Assembly: GCA_951406725.2 (NCBI GenBank)
Contig: OX597816.1
Location: 53,754,001-53,818,000, forward strand
Direction of reading: 5' to 3'
DNA length: 64,000 bases
Origin: Octopus vulgaris
Taxonomy: Eukaryota
The notes beneath the pieces are model-generated. The model ran no database searches. It was not told the DNA's origin and saw only the letters and a program-made list of their open reading frames with translations. This document shows, piece by piece, positions 22,992 through 35,770 of the stretch. The first letter of the stretch is position 1; every line of letters begins with the position of its first letter. The translations under genes and the position numbers were made by a program.

Positions 22992-24256
22992 TCAGGTCAT
23001 CCCATAAGTTCTGTCCGGTTTTACCTTTTTTAAAACTGAATGAAATTTAATAGTATTTTAGAATGTCTAATGGAATTAAAAATTATTTTTATGCATTTGT
23101 GTACATTTAAACTAATTAAATATTATTTTACAGAATAATAGAATTAAAATTTCTTTGATTAAAACCCTTTCTAACATAGAAGTATCCAAAGAGCATTTGA
23201 GGCACATAATGCTTTATGAGTACAAAAAAGGAAACTCTGCAGCCGAAACGACTCGAAACATGCACTCAGTTTATGGGAAAGAATGCTTGAACGAAAGAAC
23301 GTGAAGACGATTTCAGCCTTGAAGATGAAGATTGAACTGGACGTCCAGTTGAGTTTAATGATAAGCTCCTTGAGGCATTACTTGAAGAAAATCCTGCATT
23401 ATCAGTTGAAAAATTGGTAATAAAGGTCAGTTCAAACCATACAACTGTTCATCATCATCTTCAACAACTTGGAAAGGTTCCTAAACTTGGAAAATGGCTG
23501 CCTCGTGAATTGTCCGAAAGCAACCACATATCCCAAGTTGACATCTGCTCTTCTCTCCATTCTCACAAACTCATTTCACCCTTTTTGGACATACTTGTGA
23601 CTGGTGACAAAAAATGAATCTTCTATTGAAATGTTAAACATTGTAAACAGTGGCTTGGTAAAAGGGAAAAGGCTCAACCAGAACTGAGAAGGGAACTTCA
23701 TGGGAAAAAGGTTCTTCTCTCTATTTGGTGGGATTGCAAAAGAGTAATTCACTCTGAATTGTTACCACCAAATGCAACAATCAATGCTCAAGTCTACTGT
23801 CAGCAATTAGAGTGTTTGAACTAAGCTTTGAAGAAAAAAAGACCCACTTTAGTGAATCGAAAAGGAGTGGTGTTTCTTCAGGACAATGCATGACCCCACA
23901 CTACTGCAAAGATCATATCATAGAAGATGGAAGAGCTTTGTTGGGAAAAAATTCCTCATCCACCTTATTCTCCCGACCTTGCTCCTTCAGACTACTATTT
24001 GTTTCATAGTTTAAAGAGTCATTTGGGGGACATAACTTTCACAAGCCAGGAGGAGGTCGAGATGGACATTTCAGAGTTCTTCCTTTTGAAACCAAAAGAG
24101 TTTTACATTGATGGGATTAAAAAGCTTGTAAATAGATGGAAGGAAGTCATAGATAATCAGGGAAAGTACATTGATGATTAAATTTCAATTAAATACAACA
24201 TTTGATCTCTTGTTTTCTTTATTCAAAATTCGGACAGAATTTATGGGATGACCCGA
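22992..24256 (+). mobile_element. full-length defective mariner (DD34D)
   Basis: TA flanks; TIRs tcaggtcatcccataagttctgtccg / cggacagaatttatgggatgacccga. Motifs WLPREL, VTGD, QDNA and YSPDLAPSDY are present with stops and frameshifts. Confidence 0.92.
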
Positions 24257-24272
24257 TATATATAAATGTATA

Positions 24273-25510
24273 TACAGGGGAGTACCCAAAAGTAACCAGG
24301 AACATTCTCAGTAGGACACGCCTGTTGTAGTTCAGGCTTCCGCTGCTATAAGTCACTTGATGCCACTCTCAGGTATCGGTCTGCCAACTGGTGGCATCAG
24401 TTTAAATCATACTACCACGAAGCCTGAACTACAACAGGCTTGTCCCACTGAGAATGTTCCTGGTTACTTTTGGCTACTCCCTTGTATATACATTTATATA
24501 TATCAGGTCATCCCATAAATTCTGTCCGAATTTTGAATAAAGAAAACAAGTGATCAAATGTTGTGTTTAATTGAAATTTAATCATCAATGTACTTTCCCT
24601 GATTATCTATGACTTCCTTCCATCTATTTACAAGCTTTTTAATCCCATCAATGTAAAACTCTTTTGGTTTCAAAGGGAAGAACTCTGAAATGTCCGTTTC
24701 GACCTCCTCCTGGCTTGCAAAAGTTATGTCCCCCAAATGATTCTTTAAACAATGAAGCAAATGGTAGTCTGAAGGAGCAAGGTCGGGAGAATAAGGTGGA
24801 TGAGGAATTTTTGCCCAACAAAGCTCTTCCGTCTTCTATGATATGACCTTTGCAGTGTGGGGTCATGCATTGTCCTGAAGAAACATCACTCCTTTTCGAT
24901 TCACTAACTCCCCTGTTCATCGATTTTTGCGATGGCTCAAATGAACGAACAGCGTGCTTCCATGAAATTCTGTTTTCTGCTGAGGAAAATGGCAGCCGAA
25001 ACAGTTGTCATGCTTCAAACAACTTACAAGGACGCTGCCATGAGCAAAACATAAATTTATGAGTGGTTTCCATGCTATGGGAATGGTTACTTGTCACTTT
25101 AAGTCCAACCTCGTTCAGGACGACCGTCAACCTCCCAAACAAATGGAAACATCGTGAAATTTCATGGACTGATTTTGGAGGACCATCACTGCACAATTGA
25201 GGAACTTGTTGATATAACTGGTTTGTTTTGGAGATCTTGCCAATGTATTTTGAGTGAAGAATTGTGAATGAAAAGATTTACAGCAAAATTTGTGCCTTGC
25301 TCATGGAAGATCAAAAGCAGTCATGACAATGCATGTCATGAACTGAAAGAACAATTGGAAATTGATCCAGACCTTGTTTTGTAGGTCATCATTGGTGATA
25401 GAAGCTGGTGCTAAGGAATTTGCAGATGTGGAAGAGGCAAAGAAAAAAATGACAGAGGCATTAAAAGCATCGCATCACAAGAGTTCCAGTACTGCTTCCA
25501 ATAGTGGAAA
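24273..25510 (+). mobile_element. second mariner-family element (different subfamily), degenerate, disrupted by the inverted duplication
   Basis: Candidate TIR tacaggggagtacccaaaagtaacc at 24273. From ~24932 it translates MAQMNEQRASMKFCFLL...ETVVMLQTTYKDAAMSKT*IYEWF, later RSGRPST and AKFVP. Confidence 0.7.
24419..24907 (-). repeat. inverted duplication of 23849-24340
   Basis: Reverse-complement match covering the mariner 3' end, its TIR and the flanking sequence, across a 78-bp spacer. Confidence 0.92.
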
Positions 25511-25959
25511 CTGTGCTTTTATGAAGTTTCTACCTATGCCTTTTCTACATATATGTGTGTGTGTGTGTGTGTATAATATGTATATAGTTGTGGTAGATAT
25601 GTAGATTAAATTCACTACCTCTTGCAATATTTTATGCTTTAGCATATGACAGTAGCCCAGTAGACAAGCTATAAGAGAACATCTGTAATTAAACATTAGA
25701 CTATTGAATGTTCACAGTAAACATACTGAAGACTATAAATAGTATTTTTACTCTAATTAAATCATATTCTAGAGCTGGAGAATGAGCACACCTCACTCTA
25801 TAAAATATACTTTGGGGTGAAATAGTTTTCCAGATTTAGGGATTGAAGATTTGTTGGACTGTTATAAGTAATTAGTAATTGCACAAACTATATCTTTATA
25901 TGTTGGCTTGTCTTTACTACTAATTAATTTTAATTTATTATATTTACTTTATATGGACT

Positions 25960-25986
25960 TAATTTTTTTTTCTTTTTATATTTCAG
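25960..25986 (+). promoter_or_regulatory. 3' splice acceptor of the zinc-finger coding exon
   Basis: Polypyrimidine tract ttttttttttctttttatatttcAG ends at 25986, 100 nt upstream of the ATG. Confidence 0.7.
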
Positions 25987-26086
25987 CCTCTACCAATTTG
26001 TTATGGTGTCACACATCATTATATTTTCCTTGATTCTGTAATTATCAATACTAATTATTGCATTGGATTATTGTGCTCCAACCTCA

Positions 26087-27202
26087 ATGGAGAAACTGTT
26101 CTCATGTGAAATATGTGAAAAGGAATTCTCTGAAATTTTGAAGCAACATACTCTTGGTCATGGCCGTGAAAGTGTGCTGAAAGTGGAACATGAGAATCCT
26201 CCTGATACAAACGATGTTAATTCTATTGTGAATAACACCAAAATAAACACTGTAAATGAATGTCTCCAGCCTGAAATGCAAGAACATGATAAAAGTGAAC
26301 TGGTTGATGCCGACAATCATATAGCCATTGTAACAGTGACAGAGAGAGATGGAGCAGATCAACTTGAAAATTATGATCAGCAACAGCAGTTGGAAACTTT
26401 CAAAAATAGTAATGTCTTTGACACGAATGAATCTAACAATACTTGTATTGGCAACCCAACTTATGAGCATTCACTACAGCTTGAAGAAGCTGATATCAGA
26501 ACCGGTGAGGGTTTGGACAACAGTGATAAACTTGAGTTATCAAATCCATCAGATTTAGAGCAAGAAGAAGAATGTTGTGGTACAATTGCATACAATTGTG
26601 AAACAGATAATGAAATAGTAACTGAAGGCAATGTCTGCCAGGAAACTCTTAATTTAGCCACACATCTTATTCAGTTATCCAGTAGTAACCCAGTGACACA
26701 AACAAACAGTGGTTATACTGTAAGTAAGCCATACATGTGCAGTTTATGCCATAAGTGTTTCAGTCGCAACTATCATCTAAAAATGCATTCCCTTACTCAC
26801 TCGGGGCTAAAACCATTTTCTTGTTTCACCTGTTCAAAATCTTTTTCTCGCAGTTCTGACTTAAAACGCCATTTAGCAACTCACACAGGGGTCAAACCCT
26901 TCGGCTGTACCCTCTGTCAAAAATATTTTTCTCGTTCTTCGGATTTACGTCGTCATACTGCAACCCACAGTGGTGAACGGCCACATTCATGTCAAGTATG
27001 TCAGAAAGCCTTTACCCGCAGCTCAGATCTTCACAGACACAGTCAAACACACACAGGAATCAAACCTCATGCCTGCCAAATATGTGGTAAAGCTTTCTCT
27101 ACAGCCACTCACCTCAAAAGACACACTACAACACACACTACAGAACAGAAAGCTTTCAATGTGACCATTGTAAGCAATCTGACATCAAAGTGCATCACTT
27201 AA
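26087..27202 (+). CDS. C2H2 zinc-finger protein, 371 aa (one degenerate N-terminal finger, acidic middle region, five tandem fingers)
   Basis: ATG at 26087 with an in-frame TAA upstream at 26039. Five C-x2-C-x12-H-x3-H fingers at ~26732-27136 are joined by SGLKP/TGVKP/SGERP/TGIKP linkers. Confidence 0.92.
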   Translation: MEKLFSCEICEKEFSEILKQHTLGHGRESVLKVEHENPPDTNDVNSIVNNTKINTVNECLQPEMQEHDKSELVDADNHIAIVTVTERDGADQLENYDQQQQLETFKNSNVFDTNESNNTCIGNPTYEHSLQLEEADIRTGEGLDNSDKLELSNPSDLEQEEECCGTIAYNCETDNEIVTEGNVCQETLNLATHLIQLSSSNPVTQTNSGYTVSKPYMCSLCHKCFSRNYHLKMHSLTHSGLKPFSCFTCSKSFSRSSDLKRHLATHTGVKPFGCTLCQKYFSRSSDLRRHTATHSGERPHSCQVCQKAFTRSSDLHRHSQTHTGIKPHACQICGKAFSTATHLKRHTTTHTTEQKAFNVTIVSNLTSKCIT

Positions 27203-28146
27203 ATTCTTATCTACTCTTTTATACAAATTGCAACCCTGCAAGCAACACTGATACAAACCTTATCTCAGTGCCTCATGTTGAAAAGAAACAGCAAGTTTTG
27301 TTGAAGTAAATTATTTATTTATTAGGAACTTATAATTACAACCATTTTTCTTTCATTTTTTTTTAACCTGTTTTTTTTTTATATATTTTCTTTCTTGTTT
27401 TTGTTTCTGTGATGCTACAATCTCTAATGTGTAACTTTTCTCTGTATTATTTCTGTCAATTGTTATTTGTCCGGCCATAATTATCGAGATGTGATAAGTC
27501 CACTGATAGGAAGAGCCGAGTTATGGTTGGAGATTCAGAGAAATTATTATGAAGAAATCAATTAATCAATCTAAAGATCAATCAACTTCTGTAAGCACCT
27601 CAAAAGGAAACATTTTGCAATAGATTTGCATTCAAAAAATATTCTATGATGATTGGCAGGAATTGGCAAATTGGACTCAGTTAATAGAAACAGGTTTTTT
27701 TTTTTATTATTATTAATCTTGATGCTAATGATGATGATGAAGGCTGGAAGCAAATAACGTAAGAAGAAAGATTATCTGAGACTCAACACAGTATTTATGG
27801 ATTTATCATTGTTTATTCATGCCATGGTCATCTATTTCCCCTTTCGTACCGTTTAAATACCAGCAATATAACCAGGTTGATCTAGTTTACTTCAATACGG
27901 TCTCCAGACACAATGAATTGTTATTAATGCAGAGTGAGTGGCACAATGTGACAGTAGCTACTCACTGAATTTCACAGTATATTGACAGCTACTCTTTAAG
28001 CTGATCCCCATCTGCAATTTAATAATATATCTCCCCCCCCCCTATTTTATAATATATTTGTATATTTCTATACTCCTCCCTCTGTTTTATAATATATAAC
28101 CTTTATATCCACCTACTCTATCTTATACATTTCTATGTCCCCACCA

Positions 28147-28787
<641 letters not shown>

Positions 28788-28862
28788 AATCCTTAAATCC
28801 TTAAAAATGTTTTAGCCCCAAGGCCGCGGCCATGCTGGGGCACCACCGCTGAATGAGCTACA

Positions 28863-31800
28863 CTAGTTTGTGAATCCACCTCTGATACGTGGCACTTGAT
28901 CAACAAGGGAGTTCGATGCTGCTGCCCGCATCCGTGTCTCCTGTCGTGAGGTAGGTTCATCTGGGACTCCCAACAAGAAGAGATCCAGTTTAGTTTTAAA
29001 GAAACCCACATCCACACCATGTAAGTCTCTCAGGCATTTAGGGAGGATGTTAAAGAGCTGTGGTCCTCTGAAACCCAAGCTGTTGCAGTATCTGGACCTG
29101 TATTTTGATGGTGATGTTGGAATCCTTGGCACCACGCAGCGGCGCCCCGTTCTGCGGTTGGAGTAACTTTGAATGCCAAAGTTTGGGACAAGACCCTCCA
29201 GGATTTTCCAGATGTATATCACTGCATATCTCTCCCGCCTCCGCTCCAGGGAGAAGAGGTTTAATACCTTCAGTCTTTCCCAGTAGCTGACATTTTGCAT
29301 TGAGACGATTTTCTTTGTGTAGCTTCTCTGAGTTGCTTCGAGTTCTGCTGTTTGTTTTATATTGTGTGGTGACCAAAGTTGGGAGCAGTAGTCCAAGCGG
29401 CTGAGGACAAATGTTTTCCATAGGACCATCAGTGTCTCCTTCTCTCTTGTTCTGAAAGTTCGGAGAATCCATCCAGCTAGCCGTCTGCATTTTATCACCA
29501 GATTAGCAATATGCATTTGGAAAGATGCATCATTGCTCATGTCAATGCCCAGGTCACGCACTGATTTTGACTCAGGGATTGCAATTCTTCCTGGGCCAGT
29601 GTATCCAGTCTTCACGTCATTTACCTTTGTGTGCCAGTAGCGCAGGGCCTGGAACTTACCTGCATTAAACTGCATGTTGTTGTCCTCAGCCCACCTGTAT
29701 ATTGTGTCCAGCTCATGTTGCAGATGCGCAATATTTTCAGGGTTTTGTATTGCGTGGGAGACTTTTGTGTCATCTGCATAGCTAGCAAGGGTGGTCATCG
29801 TAGCAACTGAAGGCATGTCTGAAAGGGCCACTATGAACATCAGTGGCCCCAAGACAGTGCCCTGTGGGACACCGCTTGTTATTTGCGTTTCCCTGGAGGT
29901 GGCTCCATTGCTCACAACTGCCTGTTTTCTGTCTTTTAGGAAGTTGTGCAGCCACTCTCCAAGTTTCCCGCCTATGCCGAGACCACGCAGTTTGTGACAG
30001 ATCATACCATGGTCGACTTTATCAAAGGCTTTTGCAAAGTCAAGATATATTACATCCACATTTGAGCCATTTAGTAGCTGTTTCAACACCCAGTCATAGT
30101 GTTGCAGGAGCTGTGTTAGGCAGCCTCTACCTGGTCGAAATCCATGCTGGGTGTCAGACAGTAAGTCATTTTCTTCAAGGAACATGATTAGTTTCTTACG
30201 GACTATTCGTTCCATGACTTTGCTGATGTGTGAGGTCAGAGAGATAGGCCTATAATTTTTAGCATCTGCTCTGCTACCTCCCTTATGGATAGGGCATATT
30301 ACCCCCTCTTTCAGTTTGACTGGGAGCTTACCACTTGCAAGAAAGCTCTGAAAAAGAAGCTGTAGCGGTTTTGCAAGGGCTCGTTTGCACGATTTGAGAA
30401 GGATCGCTGGGAATCCATCAGGTCCAGCAGCTGAGTTTGTGTCAATCTCATCAATGGCTAGTGTGATATCATCATCTTCGATGTTGATGTACTCAATTTT
30501 TGTCTCTTTGGCCGCAGGTAAAGTGGCAAAGAATTCTTCTGGGTTGTTTACTTGCCTGTGTCCTAGAGGTGTAGTGAACACACTTTGGAACTGTTCGTTC
30601 AGTATTTCACTTATCCTCGTGGGATTTCCTGTGAGAGAGCCATCTTTTTGGAAGAGAGGTCCTATTCTCTGGTGCACTGTGGCTGTCTCTTTGGCAAACT
30701 TAAAGAAAGCTTTAGGGTTTGATTTTATATTTTCTATTACCCAAGCTTCTTTATCTGCTCTCTCCTTTTCATGGGACTGATGTAGACTTTTCTCAGTTTC
30801 CATTAGCATTCTTTCGAGCCGAGACTTCTCACCACTTTTGGTGTGCTTGCTCAGGCGGTTTGCAATCCTTGTCCGTCGTCTCATAAGAATCCTCCTTTCT
30901 CTAGGGATCCTGTTTTTATTCTTGTGTGTGCTGGCCCTGCACATTGGGACATATTTGTCACATATGGCTTGTATTATGGACATGAAGTGTTTGTGTTTCA
31001 TGTTTATGTCCGGTGTGGAGAGACATTCAGGCCAATCCTGTTTGAGGATCTCTTTCTCAATCGACTTCCAGTTGGCTTTATGAAAGTTTAAGTTGGAGAG
31101 ATGGTGGGTGCTTCGTATAGGCTGTGTGTCTGCGGGGGCTTTTGTTCCATACATAGACAGCTCTATTATGTTGTGATCCGAGATCATTGTCGGCATCACA
31201 TTAACATTATGGATAATATCCATATTGTTTGTAAAGCAGAGATCCAGTATATTATCTGCCCTTGTTGGTTGCAGAACTATTTGCTCCATGAAAGAGGTAT
31301 TTGTGAGATGGAGCAGGGACTCCACCTGTGCCTGCTGATGGTGTGTCATCCCTGGGAGCATCTGCCCCCCAGGCCATTCCACATTGGGGAGGTTAAAGTC
31401 ACCCATGAAGAATACACTGTTGTGCTGTTCAAGGTTGGTGAGGACTTCTCCTATTTTTGTTAGGCAGTCTTCAAACATGCCTGAGTGTTTTGGGGCGTCT
31501 GGTGGGCGATATGTAGTGCATATGACGATATTCAGTTGTCTTATGTGTACAATTTGAGTTTCACATACTGAGTTTGAATATGACAGCAGGACCTGGGGCG
31601 TGAGGTCATCTCGGATGTACATTGCAACTCCACCATGGCTCCTCCCTTTTCTATCTGTGCGTATGACTGCATATTGCGGCATGTGTATTTCTGCATCACC
31701 TATATCGGGTTCAAGATGCGTTTCTGTGAGTGCCATGCATATAGCTTGATTGCATGTCACAAGGTCTCTCAGGAATGAAATTTTCTTTTTACAGTTTCCG

Positions 31801-31874
31801 CGCAGCAGCCCTCCTACATTCAGTAGAAATATTTTTGTGGTGTGTGTGTTGGTGTTGGTGTCTGTGGTGGCCAT
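28863..31874 (-). CDS. CR1 ORF2: apurinic endonuclease plus reverse transcriptase (~1003 aa from the first ATG)
   Basis: No stops. APE motifs LTETHL, GDFN, ILDL and SDHN; RT motifs NYRPISLTS, QHGFR, DFAKAFDKV, GVPQGTVLGP and YADD; CR1 C-terminus LNLFSLERRRER. The ORF-track start at 31967 is GTG. Confidence 0.93.
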   Translation of the reverse strand: MATTDTNTNTHTTKIFLLNVGGLLRGNCKKKISFLRDLVTCNQAICMALTETHLEPDIGDAEIHMPQYAVIRTDRKGRSHGGVAMYIRDDLTPQVLLSYSNSVCETQIVHIRQLNIVICTTYRPPDAPKHSGMFEDCLTKIGEVLTNLEQHNSVFFMGDFNLPNVEWPGGQMLPGMTHHQQAQVESLLHLTNTSFMEQIVLQPTRADNILDLCFTNNMDIIHNVNVMPTMISDHNIIELSMYGTKAPADTQPIRSTHHLSNLNFHKANWKSIEKEILKQDWPECLSTPDINMKHKHFMSIIQAICDKYVPMCRASTHKNKNRIPRERRILMRRRTRIANRLSKHTKSGEKSRLERMLMETEKSLHQSHEKERADKEAWVIENIKSNPKAFFKFAKETATVHQRIGPLFQKDGSLTGNPTRISEILNEQFQSVFTTPLGHRQVNNPEEFFATLPAAKETKIEYINIEDDDITLAIDEIDTNSAAGPDGFPAILLKSCKRALAKPLQLLFQSFLASGKLPVKLKEGVICPIHKGGSRADAKNYRPISLTSHISKVMERIVRKKLIMFLEENDLLSDTQHGFRPGRGCLTQLLQHYDWVLKQLLNGSNVDVIYLDFAKAFDKVDHGMICHKLRGLGIGGKLGEWLHNFLKDRKQAVVSNGATSRETQITSGVPQGTVLGPLMFIVALSDMPSVATMTTLASYADDTKVSHAIQNPENIAHLQHELDTIYRWAEDNNMQFNAGKFQALRYWHTKVNDVKTGYTGPGRIAIPESKSVRDLGIDMSNDASFQMHIANLVIKCRRLAGWILRTFRTREKETLMVLWKTFVLSRLDYCSQLWSPHNIKQTAELEATQRSYTKKIVSMQNVSYWERLKVLNLFSLERRRERYAVIYIWKILEGLVPNFGIQSYSNRRTGRRCVVPRIPTSPSKYRSRYCNSLGFRGPQLFNILPKCLRDLHGVDVGFFKTKLDLFLLGVPDEPTSRQETRMRAAASNSLVDQVPRIRGGFTN

Positions 31875-32528
31875 CCTGCATCTGTTGGAGGTGGCCTTAT
31901 GTGGTGGTAGTTCCAGCTTTGTGCTTGTAGCCAGGTCAGCTGCTGAACAATTTTTTGTGCCATGCACAAAAAGACTGCTGTTCAGCTGCCGCCCTTCTCA
32001 CATCTGGGTGAAGCTGGCCACCTGTTGGGTTTCCGCGCACCACATCTGCATACCGTCTTTCAGTAGTGGTCAGTGCGCTTTTTTCCCTTCTTTTAACTTT
32101 TTGTTTTTGTTCTCCCTGAGGGAGGGACCTCTGTCTCGCGTCCGTGCGGTTTTGGTAGGGCCTCCGATGTGCAAAGCGACAGTTTGCACCTTCAACGCCG
32201 TACCAGCAGTCCCCCTCAGGTAGAATTTGCAGGTGTTTCTTTCCCTGCCCTTACAGTTTTTGCTGGGGTCCCTCTGCTTTCTCTGGACAGGGCTTCCTTT
32301 AGCCTTGATTCTGTCACCCTTTACCTCCTGCTTCCCATCAATTCCAGGGTGCCTTTCCTTTCTTGCGGCCATCGCACCTCTTTGGTCTTCAGTTGTGGTG
32401 TTGGAAGCTGGACATGTGTCATCGTTTCCCTGTGTTCCAGGCTTCTCCATTTGGCTCTGGATGCTTTCCTCATCCTTTTGGCCCTCCCTGCTGCCGTCAC
32501 CTCCCAGGATGATGTCCAGGGTGTCCAC
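31820..32528 (-). pseudogene. CR1 ORF1 3' part with CCCH zinc finger, broken by two apparent 1-nt homopolymer deletions
   Basis: Adding one G at the 32211-32215 run gives [22 protein letters not shown]. Adding one T at 31968-31972 extends the frame through SFLCMAQKIVQQL...PPP...KYFY*. Confidence 0.65.
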
Positions 32529-34387
<1,859 letters not shown>

Positions 34388-34721
34388 CCCCTCTTTTCTA
34401 CAACATATAACCATATATCCTCTCTCCTCTATAATATACATCTCTATGTCCCTACTGTTCTACAATATAGAAATCTTTGTTGTTACAGTGTCGACCTTTC
34501 AGCCATTCTCCTCTCCAGCCTTCTTCAGGTGTCTCATATTTGGTAATATCACAGCTTGGAACCAAACACTTTATGAAACCCTCATCATTCCATTGTTCTC
34601 ATCATCAGTGCATCACAGATATTCTTGTTGCTAGTTATTCTACAACTTGGGTTGGCACAAGTTATGCTACAACCAGAGTACATGTGCACACACACACACA
34701 CACACACACACGAGTAGGCAT

Positions 34722-35015
34722 AGGTGTGGCTGTGTGGTAAGAAGTTTACTTCCCAACCACATGGTTCTGGATCCAGTCTCACTGTGTCCCACCTTGAGCA
34801 AGTGTCTTCAACTATAGCCTCAGGCCAACCAAAGCCTTGTGCGTGGGTTTGTTAGACGGAAACTGAAGAAGCCCATTGATAAATATGGCACGTAAAATGC
34901 ACCCACAACACTCTTGGAGTGGTTGACTTTAGGAAGGCCATCCAGCTGTAGAAATTCTGCCAGATCAAGATTGGAGTCTGGTGCAGCCATCTGGTTCGCC
35001 AGCCCTCAATCAAAG
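34722..35015 (+). mobile_element. SINE family A head joined to an RTE 3'-UTR fragment
   Basis: gtggctgtgtggtaag...ggaaactgaagaagccc is followed by ggcacgtaaaatgcaccc...ccagctgtagaaattctgcc. Confidence 0.7.
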
Positions 35016-35198
35016 TTAGACACATGAAGGAAGTCTTATTTTACTAATATTTTCGACCTTTATATCTCTGTTCTTTGAATATGAAGCTATGTTTTCAGGG
35101 AAACTTGTTACTTTGGACAGTCTTTGTAATCTAACCATTTCTTGTTGGTTTGAGTCATCACTCATAAGTTTTACTGTATGTTGTAGGCCATGATCTCT

Positions 35199-35235
<37 letters not shown>

Positions 35236-35399
35236 CCACCACCATCATCTCTTTCTTTATATATATGGAATCTAAGTTCAAGAATTGTCTAGCAACTACA
35301 ACAACCACGATCAGAATGCTAGTTCAAAACAGAAGTGTATAATAATAATAATAATGATAATAATAATAATTCTTTCTTTTATTGGCACAAGGCCTGAAA

Positions 35400-35770
35400 T
35401 TTTGGTGGGAGTGAGTTTGTTCATTACAGCAACCCCAGCACTCAACTGGTACTTAATTTATTGCCCAGGAAAGGATGAAAGGCAAAGTTGACCTTGGCAG
35501 AATTTGAACTCAGAACACGAAGACAGTTAAAATGCCACAAAGCATTTTGTCCATCATGCTAACAATTCTGCCATATGTCCCCACTATTCTCTAATATGTG
35601 TATGTGTGTGTGTGTATGAAGGTGTATGATGACCTAGTGGTTAGGGATGCCACACGCACGGTCATGAGATCACAGTTTCAGTTCCCTGACTGGCTGCTCA
35701 TTGCATTCTTGAGCAGTCCACCCAGCTGTAAATGGATAACCCTGTGATGGACTAGCCTTCTGTTCAGGCA
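35400..35770. mobile_element. degenerate SINE family C (-, ~35400-35570) and another old tRNA-SINE (+, ~35618-35770)
   Basis: aaaggatgaaaggcaaagttgacc...gaatttgaactcag marks the family C copy. gacctagtggttaggg...gtccacccagctgtaaatgg...gtgatggactag marks the second SINE. Confidence 0.6.

Larger units (their letters stand above)
28788..32528 (-). mobile_element. CR1-clade LINE, 5'-truncated in ORF1, with intact ORF2
   Basis: ORF1 remnant with a CCCH finger, ORF2 APE+RT, a short 3' UTR and an (AAGGATTT)n tail. (TA)n flanks both sides. Confidence 0.93.
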
